The notes beneath the pieces are model-generated. The model searched no databases, was not told the origin of the DNA, and saw only the letters and a program-made list of their open reading frames with translations. This document shows, one piece after another, positions 26,030 to 37,036 of a stretch of 64,000 nucleotides of DNA (positions are counted from its first letter, which is position 1; the number at the start of each line of letters is the position of its first letter). The translations under genes were made by a program, and so were the position numbers. The DNA is from Rhina ancylostomus (Eukaryota), in contig JARFYF010000050.1 of assembly GCA_030265395.1 (NCBI GenBank), positions 26,411,243-26,475,242 on the forward strand, given 5' to 3'.

Positions 26030-27210
26030 ATTTGCAAGCCTTTGGAGGCTGAGCTCCAAGTCATAGTCAATCATTGAAGCATATCAGGGACCGATTCTTA
26101 CAGTCAACAGTCACAAGAAAAAGGTACTCTGCCAACCTGCTCTCACTGTAGGATACTGTCCCCCAACATGAAGGTTCACAACAAGACCCAGGAAAACATG
26201 CACTGTTTCCCTTATCTTGGGACCTAACTCTCAATAACATGAAACAGCAATGACTAAATTAACCATCTCCCTCAATATGCCAACACAATCTTTGGTAGGG
26301 TGTTTGAAGACTGGCATGAAGAAAATGCAGCATAAAACTCCTGGTCTACCAGACAGCAATGATCCTTGGCTTTCTGAATGCTTCAGGCATCTCAAAATAC
26401 AGGAGAATTACCACCAACAGCATGTCTGCAGAATTCTCTAAATCCACAAACCAAGATTTGAAGTGTAATCTAATTCTAACTGCTTCTCTAACTGCTACGT
26501 TAACTCAACTTGGTCTCACCCAATCAGATTGTCCTAGTCATCCCTTTTCCACCTTCTCTACCGCTGAAAACTGACCTGTTTTTTCTTTCTCCCAGTTCTT
26601 ATGAAGGGTCTTTCACTGTTTTTCTTTCCCCAGATGCTGCCTGACCTGCTGAGTGCATCCTGCATTTTCTGTTTTTATGAACCAACATCAGCTTTGTTTC
26701 CTGGACCAATATCCCCATCAATGAGGCCCTAATTACAATTGGCTCACTGGGCAGACTGCATCATTCTGTGCGCAACACCAGATTCGTCTCTTCTGAAGCA
26801 ACAGTGTGTTGGAAGAACTCAGTGGGCCAAGCAGCATCTGTAGGGAGGAAAGGAATTGTCTGAACTCTGTCAGCAGAAGAGCAGTGGACAGAGAACAAGA
26901 TTCAAGGATGTTCACAAAACCTCTCAATTATGTGCCACATCGCCTCTGATGCCTGGGAATCTCTGGCCCATGACCTGTCTTAGTGGAGAAGGAACATTCA
27001 GGATGGCACTGACAACTTCAAGTCCATGTGTCAGGAGTGCACAGAAGCCAAGCATAAACAGCCAAAGTGAACCATGTCCCAAACTACTGTTGTACTTGCT
27101 CTGCTTAATACCTCCCACCCACCCCCCCCCCCCCCATGTGGCAAAGTCTTTGGGTCTCACATTGCCCTTATCAGCCACCTCAGAACATACAGAAACTGGA
27201 ATGCAAGCAA
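26030..27210 (+). mobile_element. RTE-clade (BovB-like) LINE 3' part, decayed and interrupted by Penelope terminal fragments (~26540-26680 +; 26798-26858 -)
   Basis: Segments KVLCQPA..FPYLGT, RHLKIQENYHQQHVCRIL, SGQRTRFKD, and a C-terminal CGKVFGSHIALISHLRT Zn-finger-like end. Confidence 0.7.
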
Positions 27211-27214
27211 GTTA

Positions 27215-27550
27215 TCTTCAATTTCCCATCCAAATCACAGATTATCCTGACTTGGAAATACTTTGCTGGCCCTTCATTGTTGCTTGGCCTGAATCCTGGA
27301 ACTCTCTGCCCATTGCAAGAGTACTTTCACCAGAAGGATTGCAACAGTTCAAGCAGGAAGCCCACCAACATCTTCTCAAGGCAATTAGGATTGTACAGGT
27401 GTAGGGTCTCGATCCAAAACATCAACAGTTCCTTCCCCCCCCCCCCTCCCCCACAGATGCTGCTCAACCTGTTGAGTTCCTCCAGCAGTGTACTTTTGGC
27501 TAGGATTGTACAATAAATGTTGACCTTGCTAACGACACCCAGTTACCAAA
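27215..27550 (+). mobile_element. 3' end of GGCAATAAATG-tail CR1/L2-group LINE carrying a 103-bp Penelope-repeat insertion (27398-27500)
   Basis: WNSLP..SPEGLQQFKQEAHQHLLK-coding end. The tail is split by the insert, with TAGGATTGTACA duplicated at 27386-27397 and 27501-27512. Confidence 0.75.
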
Positions 27551-28164
27551 AGTGAATATTAGAAATAACATGGCATACTTTAACATTGCCAGATTTCTAA
27601 CATTGCAAACGTTGCTGATGCACTATTAGTTTTAAATGATATTTCAGCCCTCTGCCTCCACATTCATGTTAAGCTTCACAAAGAGTTTAATATTTGTGAC
27701 CTCATATTTGATGTGTTTTAAATATATTTCATTCGTTTGGCTAAGGAATTGTTCCACACAGCCTACCACGTGTGGTTGGCACCTCAAAACAATCACTCTG
27801 CTGCTTTAGAGTTTCCCCAAAGATTCCCTGTCTGACAGATGTAATGGTGTAATCAATATATCCTTTCTTTCACACAGTGAATTGTTATGATTTGGAATGC
27901 ACAATTTGGAAAGGTGGTAAAAGCAGATTGAATAGTAACTTCCAAAAGGGAATTAAATAAATAATTGATTAGGAAACATATGCAATGCCACAAGGAGAGC
28001 ACAGGTGAGCAAAACAAATTGTTTTGTTCTTTCAAAAAGCCAGTAAGTGCTGCCTTGGTGTTGGAACATTCTGTGAATCTTCTTATAACAAAATCTCAAA
28101 GACAATTTACTGGATTGCATCCACCATTCCATATTTGGAGGTCCTGCCATCCTAACAGGCAAGC

Positions 28165-28445
28165 TGCAGTCTCTCAGCCTCAGAATAAAGGGGGAATGTC
28201 CCTTTAAAACTGAGAGGACAGATTTCTTCAGCCAGGGGGTGGTGAATCTGTGAAATTCGTTGCCACAGAGGGCTGTGAAGGCCAAGTCATTGGGTATATT
28301 TAAGGTAGAGATCGATAGGTTTTTGACTGGTAAAGGGGTTAAGGGTTACAGAGAGAAGGTGGGAAATAAGGTTGAAGAAAAACAGCCATGATTGAATGGC
28401 AGAGCAGATGCAGTGGACTGAATGGCCTAATTCTGCTCCTTTATT
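28165..28445 (+). mobile_element. CR1 3' end
   Basis: TTCTTCAGCCAGGGGGTGGTGAATCTGTGAAATTCGTTGCCACAGAGGGCTGTG (FFSQRVVNLWNSLP-like) and tail GAATGGCCTAATTCTGCTCC. Confidence 0.85.
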
Positions 28446-29594
28446 TTATTGACTAGTGGTTTAATTTGTTAGGTAGCCAACCTGAACTAGGTCCCTGTGA
28501 GTAAATGGATAACTTATAAAATTCTAAATGGAACAAAACAGGGAGCATGTGTCAATTCCCTGGATGGCTGCCATCAACAGTGATCCACATATTTGCATGT
28601 CTATTGGAATTCAGGAGTGCACCGCCTGCAGCCTTGCACCCACTTAAACAGAAATAATGGGAAACACAATCTCAGATAAGAGCAGTGGTATGTAATATCT
28701 GCTCAGGGCATTATCGCTTCGACCGGTCAGGAGGTCGTGCATAATAAATGCACAATCAAGTGTCCTTGGCAGTAAGTTAATAAAAAGGAAATGAAAATAA
28801 TAACATTCTTTATGCAAGATGCACACACTGAGCACAAATTTAGGTCCTCAATTTTAGTCAGACTATGACTTTGTGGCAAGCACTTAGTTTGTCTCAGAAA
28901 TGTAATGCATTGTAAATAGTTCCTGTTCTTGGATTTATTGGTTTGGTATGTAATTAGTGTGAGAGTTCTTTGTTGCTTTATAGTCTCTTACAGAAATGAA
29001 GCTTTCATTTTAAGTTGAATCTTCTCATTTCCTCACATAATATCCTTTTGCACAGCAGAAGATTAAGGTAATGTAAATCATCCAATTATACATTTCCAGC
29101 TAGTATGCCAAACTTCTTTAAGGTGACTGGAAGTAAATTAATAAAAATGAAAAATATGGATCATAAAATGAATATCAGGAGGAAACATCTATATTTTTTT
29201 GAAAGTCAGCATTTTCTGAGAACCCTGTGCAGTCACTGTTTAAGTGGTTTGAAAGCCTAAGGTATTCACAGGCATTCATTACTGTAATCACTTTACTTGC
29301 AGAGGTGACAAGATGTTCCACAATATAACATTCTTCAGAATGCTTCTGAATGGATAAAGTGTCATTGTTCCACAGTGGGTCACTAATACTAAAGTCCACC
29401 TTTGACTGCTGTTGCATTGTTTAATTGACGAGAATAGCATAATAAATTTTAGGTGGTGTGTTAATTATTTCCCGCCAGCCTCTCATGCTCTTGTTCTAAT
29501 AGTTTATGTTTCACTGTATCAGCAGGAGTTAGAGCACATAGATCCATTGGATTAAATGGAGAGCCCTCCACAGGCGGTAGTCATAGTCGGCACA

Positions 29595-30560
29595 GAGGAT
29601 AATGGCTGAGGTCTTCGTTGGGCAATCATCCCAGCCCCAAGTTATCATTGCAGCAAGTCCTCAGGGTAGTTTCCTAGGCCACACCATCTTCAGCTGCTTC
29701 ATCAAAAACCTTCTGTTTTTGCTAAGGTCAAGATTATGGATGTTTGATAAAGACTGCAAAATGTTGAATTCCATTCATGACTCCTCTGAAAATGACTGTC
29801 TGCAGCAACAGCTGGACAACATTCAGACCTAGGACGGGAAATGATAATTAACATATGCGGCACACAAGTGCCAAGAAGGAACCACTTCCAACAAGAGTCT
29901 AATCATCTACCCTTGGCATTCAATGATATCACCATCACCAAGCCTTACACTGTCAACATCCTGAGAATCACCATTGACCAGAACCTTAACTGGACCAGTC
30001 ACATAAATACAGTGGCTACATTAATAGGTCAAAGGCTGGGTGTCCTGTGGTGAGTCATTTATGCTCTGAGTACTGAAAGTCTTTCCACCATTGACATGAC
30101 ATAGGTCATGAATGTGGTAAATGGGTCTGCATGAGTATTGATCCAGCAACATGGAAGATGCATGATACAATCTAGGACAAAGCAGCCAACTGATTGGAGC
30201 CGTATTCATTACCCTAAGCATTCACTGCACCAATGCCACACTGTGCCACACAGTACATTTCATCTACAATTTCACTTTGGCAGATGGCTGAGGTTTTCTT
30301 GAGAGTATCACCCAGAGGACCATGAAACACTTGGGGACACCACTGCCTTTAAGTTCCACTCTGAGCCACACATTATTCTTACTTGGAAATAATTCACCCT
30401 TCCTTCATCACTACTGCGTCTAGATTCTGGATCTCCCTACTCAGCAGCACTGTGGAGGTGGACTCACCAGAAGCAATACAGCAGTTCATGGAAGGGATTT
30501 ACCACCACCACCTACTCAAGGGCAATTAAGGATGGGCAATAAAAGGTGGCATTGGCTTAT
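29595..30560 (+). mobile_element. CR1/L2-group LINE (GGCAATAAATG-tail family), RT C-half to tail, decayed
   Basis: PQGSFLGHTIFSCFI..WMFDKDC; ILRITIDQNLNWTSHINTVAT..GQRLGVL; tail CAAGGGCAATTAAGGATGGGCAATAAA. Confidence 0.8.
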
Positions 30561-31324
30561 CATGATAGTATAAGAAAAATGTATAGCTTATTACTCAATG
30601 AACCTGCAGAAAGTCCTATCTGGACAGATCCATATGCTCATACTGCCTGACGCAGTCTACTTGACAGGAAGGAAGTGAAGTAGAGAGTACTTCCATAACT
30701 GGGACATGATGAATGTTTCAGTCTGCTCCAAACTCACATCTAGAATGTATCAGCTGCTCTGGCCTTGAAGGATTTGAAGGCTCAGAAGTTGAGAGGAGTC
30801 TAGCCTCAGCTAGAAAATCTCAATGAGCATTTATCCTGAGAATGTGGGCTTCGAGACACAATGGTCCTCAGACATGTGAAGACTGGGATGTTGCCTTCAG
30901 CAAGCTCTTGGTTAGGCCCACCTGTCCTTCTCTCCTTTCATCCTCTCACCTTCAGCCTCCTCTGTCTCACTCTTCCCCTCAAGCTACTGATCCTGCTGGA
31001 GGGCATTGTGACCACAATTAATCATTCAAATTATAACCCTCCTCCATCAAAATACCACCCTGCCTCCACAATGCTACAAATCTCAGCAATCCATGAAGCT
31101 TCACTCAGACCCACTGAACACTCTTACCAAATTCTAGCAAACCTGCAGGTAGGTTAGAAGCCATTTTCACTTTGCAGGTGTTTATGTTCTGATGTATACT
31201 GTATATGTGACAGGACAGGCACCAAATCAACTTTACATGAGAAATGACATCTCCACTGCATAGTCTGTGTTCTTCCAGTGTATATTTGTAGAGGAAGCAT
31301 GATTCAATGTTGCAAGTGAGGGGC

Positions 31325-31510
31325 AATATGGAGGGAAGGATAGGGATATTGAGGGATATGAGAATGGAAGGATGTGTACCTTGTGCAGGCTGAAAGGACT
31401 AGTTTAATTAGAAGTTTAATTACCAGTTTAATTAGTTCATCACAACATCGAGGGCTGAAGGGCCTGTTCCTGTGCTTTACTGTTCTATATTTGATGTTCT
31501 AATATAATGT
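31325..31510 (+). mobile_element. CR1 3' UTR/tail fragment
   Basis: GGGCTGAAGGGCCTGTTCCTGTGCTTTACTGTTCTAT..GTTCT. Confidence 0.75.
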
Positions 31511-31567
31511 TCCTATTCTGAATCATGATCAAAACTGTGTCAGAAACAAGCGGCGCTAATTTAATAC

Positions 31568-32280
31568 CTTCAAAATTGTCAAGAATATCAATATCGTTGA
31601 GCTTGGATTTTCTGATTTTGACAAACCGAGGACAGTTCAAGTGAAGTCCATCTTTACGTTGACGCCACTTTTGACAAAGAGCACTGGAAGTAATTGATGA
31701 TTGGAACCAAATAAATTAGATTTTACCACATTCTGAAATCCCAGCCATGTTGCGGAACATTTCACAGCAGACTTTTCTACCTGTGCTTGATAAATTTTCT
31801 CTATCCAATGTTTTAGGATCTGGTGTATAAATGTTATACCTTTTATTAAAGATGCTTCAAAGTTGACTTATTACTTCATTGGGTAAAAGCTGTCAGAAGA
31901 ACTCAGTAACTAAAGAATGACAGCATGAAATGTAATCTTAATACCAAGTGATATACTTTCACTTCACTGCCTTTCCATAATGTAATCATCTAGATATTAT
32001 AGAAAATTATGCTTTATGTCCAAAATCCAAAGTCATTTGACAGATTAATAGTCATTTGTTCATCATTAACATTTATATGACTGTATAAATTGTTTAGAAT
32101 ACCTATCGCCAATAATGCATAACTGGCATTTCAGTATGCTTCGTTCCACAGGAAATTTTACTTACTCTGTTTGTAATGATGGTTACTTTAAAAGGCTCTA
32201 CTGAAAGATGTGTTAGACTGTTTCTCTTTTGAGAGGAGTGGGAATTTAAAATCATCCTTCCATTTGTTTGACTTTCTTGA
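31568..32280 (-). CDS. candidate spliced exons 32280-32166, 31909-31875, 31683-31568 (unidentified product)
   Basis: All are AG/GT bounded and their phases (2-0, 0-2, 2-1) join into one open frame. No recognised homologue. Confidence 0.2.
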
Positions 32281-32394
32281 CTGGAACAGAATTATCATCA
32301 GTGATGAAGTGACAAGAGAGATGATTTGAATTTTTTGCCCATAGATTTTAACCATTTCTGGGATCTTCAACAGCAGTTATTTTTTGGAAGGCAT

Positions 32395-33230
32395 AAAGCA
32401 CAGAACATAGAACAGGAACAAGCCATTCAGCCCACCATGTCTGTGCCCAACACCATGCCAAATTAAAGTAAATCTCTTCTGCCTGCACATGATCCATATC
32501 CCTTCATTCTCTGCATACTCATGTGTCAGTCTAAAAGCTTCTTAAATGCCACTATAGTATATTTTTCCACCATCACTGGCAGCCATTCCAGGCATCTACC
32601 ACACTCTTGTGTAAAAAAACTTTACCCACACATCTCCCTTAAACTTTCCCCCCTCACCTGAAATATATACTCTTTACTTCAGGCAGCATCCCGGTAAACG
32701 TCTTCTGCACCCTTTCCAGAGCTTCCACATCCTTCCTGTAAATGGGGCAACCAGAATTGTACACAATACTCCAAGTGTGACCTAACCGAAGTTTTAGAAT
32801 ACTGCAACATGACTTCCTTATTCTTATACGCAATGCCCCAACCAATGAAATCAAGCATGCCATATGCCTTCTTTACACCATATCAGAATAACAACTTTTC
32901 ACCACTACCCTCTGTTTTCTATGGACAAGCCAATTTTGAATCCAATTTATCAAGTCCACATGGATCCCATGCATCTTATTCTGCTGGATCAGCCTACCTT
33001 GAGGGATCTTGTCAAATGCCTTGCTAAAGTCCATGTAGACAACATCCACCATCCTACCCTCATCAAACACCTTTGTCATCTCTTCAGAAAACACAATCAA
33101 GTTTGTAAGAGATGACCTGCCCTGAGCAAGGCCATGCTGGCTGTCTGTAATCAGACCATGCCATTCTAGATGCTTCTATCCTATCCCTAAGAATCCTCTC
33201 CAATATGTTCCCTAACACTGATGTGAGTAG
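32395..33230 (-). mobile_element. CR1 LINE with internal deletions (RT and 3' end)
   Basis: FSEEMTKVFDEGRMVDVVYMDFSKAFDKIPQGRLIQ and YRKDVEALERVQKTFTGMLP, with a tail at ~32400-32450. Confidence 0.9.
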
Positions 33231-33649
33231 TGTAAATTAAAGCTAACACAGCAAAAAAAAATCTCTAGAGTTGGAATACAATGCCAATTTCTCTGGCATG
33301 CTCAAGGATATCAATCAGTGTGTAGCTAATTTTAAAATGGAACTGACTTTATGGATAAAGGAACCTCTGCAGGCCTGATGGTCCCAGATTCAATATCCAG
33401 GTTGAACTCAGTGAGCTGTCTGCAGCCAAGATGGTCAATGGGGGGGCACTGTCATTAGCCTCAGAAGCTCCAGTCTGGGATGTAGAGAAAGACAAAATAA
33501 CAACAGGATTACTACTCCTGATTTGGATCTTGTGACAATGAGTGGAAGTGGATATCTGGTTAGGACTGGTATTCCCTCTGGGATCCAATAATCAGTCAAA
33601 CTCACTTTCAGTGGTTACTTAAGAAGTTTGGCCTCCTAGTAGATGACTA

Positions 33650-34225
33650 CTGGGATATGGAATTCTGTAGCTATGTAAAACTTTAGTTAGAATGCACTTG
33701 GAGTATTGTGTGCAGTTCTGGTCGTCTCATTATAGGAAGGATGTGGAGAGGGTGCAGACAAGGTTTACCAGAATACTGCCTGGATTAGAGAGTATGAGCT
33801 CTAAGGGAAGGTTGAACAAACTTGGGTTGAGTGTTGGAAGCTGAGGGGAGACCTGATCAAGGTTTTTAAGATTGTGAGAGACATAGATAGGGTAGACAGT
33901 CAGAATCTTTTCCCCAGGGTAGGAATGTCAAACTCAGAGGACATGCATTTAATGTTAGAGGGGGGATGTTTAAAGGTGACATGAGGGGCAAGTTTTTTTT
34001 GTGCAGAGAATGGTAGATGTCAAGAATAGGTTACCAGGAGTAGTAGTGGAAGCAGGTAGTTTGGTGGAGTTTAAGAGACTTTTAGATAGATACATGAATA
34101 TGAAGGGAATGGAGCGATATGGATGGTGCACAGGAGGAGGACATTTAGTATATATTGGCATCAAGATTGGCACATCATGGGCCAAATGGTCTGTCCAGTG
34201 CTATGCTGTCCTATGTTCTATGTAA
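33650..34225 (+). mobile_element. CR1 3' portion
   Basis: YVKL..HLEYCVQFWSSHYRKDV-like segment, RLPGVVVEAGSLVEFKRLLDRYMN, and tail TGCTGTCCTATGTTCTATG. Confidence 0.9.
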
Positions 34226-36000
34226 TTCAGGAAGATGAGGCTGAATGGCATTGAATCCAGTTCAATATATCAACTCATCCCCCTCGACCCCAGCCCCTTT
34301 CAATCTGGGCTTATCTGTTACAAATGCAGGGGACTGATAAACCTGACCCTACAGATCCAGCAGGTGATCCGGCAAACTGTAACAAGACCACAGCAGTAGG
34401 TAGGTAGCAGTGTCAAAGCCCCACCCTCAGATCACCCTGATGGTCTTTGACAGGAGGCAAAGAGGCTGGAGGTGCTTTGACTCCTGTCAAAACCTGTTAG
34501 GACTAACTCTTAAAAAGAATTATCTTTTGTAAATAAATAAAATTATATCTTTTTTCATTATAAAATATAAAAAGTCAATTAGCAACACCCTGAAATATTT
34601 AAACATCAATACAAACATTCAAGAACAATGGGTTTCAAAAATCCTTATCTCCTGCATTCCCTCAGCTGAGAGTCTACATCAAAATGAATGTGATCTCTGA
34701 TTCTACACTAGGTCTGACTTGCATGGGATTGGAGAGGCAGATTCCCTTGTGTAATGCCTACAAAACAGAACTCCAATGTAGACTCCAGCAATGGACCAGA
34801 TTAGCAGATATGCTGGTATCTGCCACACAGTTTGTCCGGGCTTCCAATGAGTCCATGGATATCTGGAATGAATTTGTATGGGAACATCTGAACACTGACA
34901 GTTTCCTTTGGAACCATTGGTCATAGCCAGCATGATTTGACCCATTAAGTTGAATTGTAGTTACCCACTGGATAAAGAAGAGGAATTGTATAAGGATGCT
35001 TCCTGATCCATATGGTCCCACATTGCACTGAGAAAACTGAGATTTAAACTGGTATAGAATTATAAATATGGGCATATCAGAACTGCCTGAGGCCAAATCC
35101 TGGCACTTTAAATGCTTTCACAATGTTTCCCTGAATAAGTCACATTTAGGATTAACACTGATAAATGGTCTCTGAACCAACATCCCATTTATAACCTGGT
35201 CAAGAATATTAACATTTAAAGTCATGACTTTTAAAGCAGTAATTTATACTTCATAGTAACATTGTACAAATAAATATAATGACTCAGTAACTAATGACTG
35301 TAATCACTATATATTTATTTATGACAAATCCTTATAAATAGTTCGACAATTGATTATAATTTCAAATAGCTTCTAAGAGGCTTAAATGCCATTTAAAAAA
35401 ATATAAGTGAATTGGCTGCAGCATTAAAATGCTCACCATGCAATGTGTTGACTATGTTGAGTTGAATATAATAACAATGAAATTTTTAGAAATTTAAAAC
35501 AGAATCTGAAAAGCTAATTGAGATCAAGGCATGAGATTGCACTTGTCCACAAATGGAGCAGGACTACCATCGGTCAAATATTTCCTCCTTGTTGCACTAT
35601 AGAAACAATTAAAGGAATAAATGATTCATCCTTGGTCAATAGCAATAATCATGTTTATAGTACTAGATGTACTTTCTGATCCATTTCCAAAATTTTCTTT
35701 CATCGATATTAATGAAACTGGATTTTGGAAGCTGAGAGAACGTGAACAGTGTATTTTGCACTGTTGATTGTGGATGGATTTCCAGGGAAAATTCTCAGAA
35801 AATTGCTTTAAGTATTAAACACCTCATATAGAGAAAGAAACTAATGGAAACAATGCACTGTTCTCAAATGCCTTGGCTAATCTTATTCTTATTTTGGAAA
35901 GAATTCATGCCTGGGCTCAGGTGTCTTCACCCATCAACAATAAAAATTAAATAATAAAAAGGAAATAAAACAGTTTAAAGAAAATCAGTCTTGCAAATAT

Positions 36001-37036
36001 TTTATTTATGTTTTTCTCATCTCCAGTTCTCAGCTCTGTGAAGGCTGTTGGTATGTTATTGCTGCCAACATTGTTCCAGAACATGAGTTACTGGCATTGC
36101 ACCATGTAAGGATATCAGCTGCTCATTGTCCAATGACAATGCAACCAGTCAGATTAAAGATTCTGACAGACAAAAAAAACAGGAAGTACACAGTATTAAT
36201 AAACTTTTAAATGATGATAGAGAGGGCAAAATAAAGATTGGAGAAAGTACTTAGATTAAAGTAGAAGGTGAAGTATCATAAACAAACTTGAAAAGATTAT
36301 ATTTTAAAATTTATGGGATTTTGGAATAACTATTCTTTGAAAATGAAAATCTGCTCAAACAAAATAAGTTTTCAGGACCAGGATGGTTGTTCAGTACTAA
36401 TTATGGCATAAGATTAAAAACTCAGCTAGCCTCATTCAGCACATGCAATATTTTATTGCTCATTTACAGTCAGAGTAGAGGATAACTAGTTGAAGATTCT
36501 GAGAATCTACAGACTCGCCATCAGTTACCCGAGTGAATACTGTAACTCTGCCCCTTTAGAGTAGCAAGGAATTAATGACAGCAATTTTGGTCTTTAACTG
36601 TGCATATGTATATTTCAGAAATTGTAATCAGATTTCTTCCATTATAACAGTGAATCCTGATAGTCTCTGAGCAAAGTCTGGACTCTTCCATAAATTTATC
36701 TACATGAGTGGGATTCAGCAACTCCACAAAGTATCCTTTTTCACTGTGAAAAAGCATTGAAAAATAAAAGTAAGTATTACAAATCTGCATAACTGGGAAC
36801 TAATTAACTTGTAAAAGATGATCAGAGACCAAGATTTTATCTTTAACCTCGTCAGAGGGCATTTTATACAATCAGTCCTTTGGTATAATGGATGAGGAGA
36901 ATCAAAAGCACTGATATAAAAACTCAATTGGACAGTGCCCATCTGAGAACATAGAATTACATTTCTGTACATCAAGACAGAAAAGCAGCTGCAAACATGA
37001 CACTTTACCAGTGGAGACGAGTTGCTGCCAATTTAT
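36001..37036 (-). CDS. candidate penultimate (37036-37009) and terminal (36162 onward) exons of an unidentified gene
   Basis: Strong polypyrimidine acceptors (ttcttctcattctgtag; gttttttttgtctgtcag). Spliced reading is INWQQLVSTESLI* or xKLAATRLH*. AATAAA lies at 36006-36001. Confidence 0.25.
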
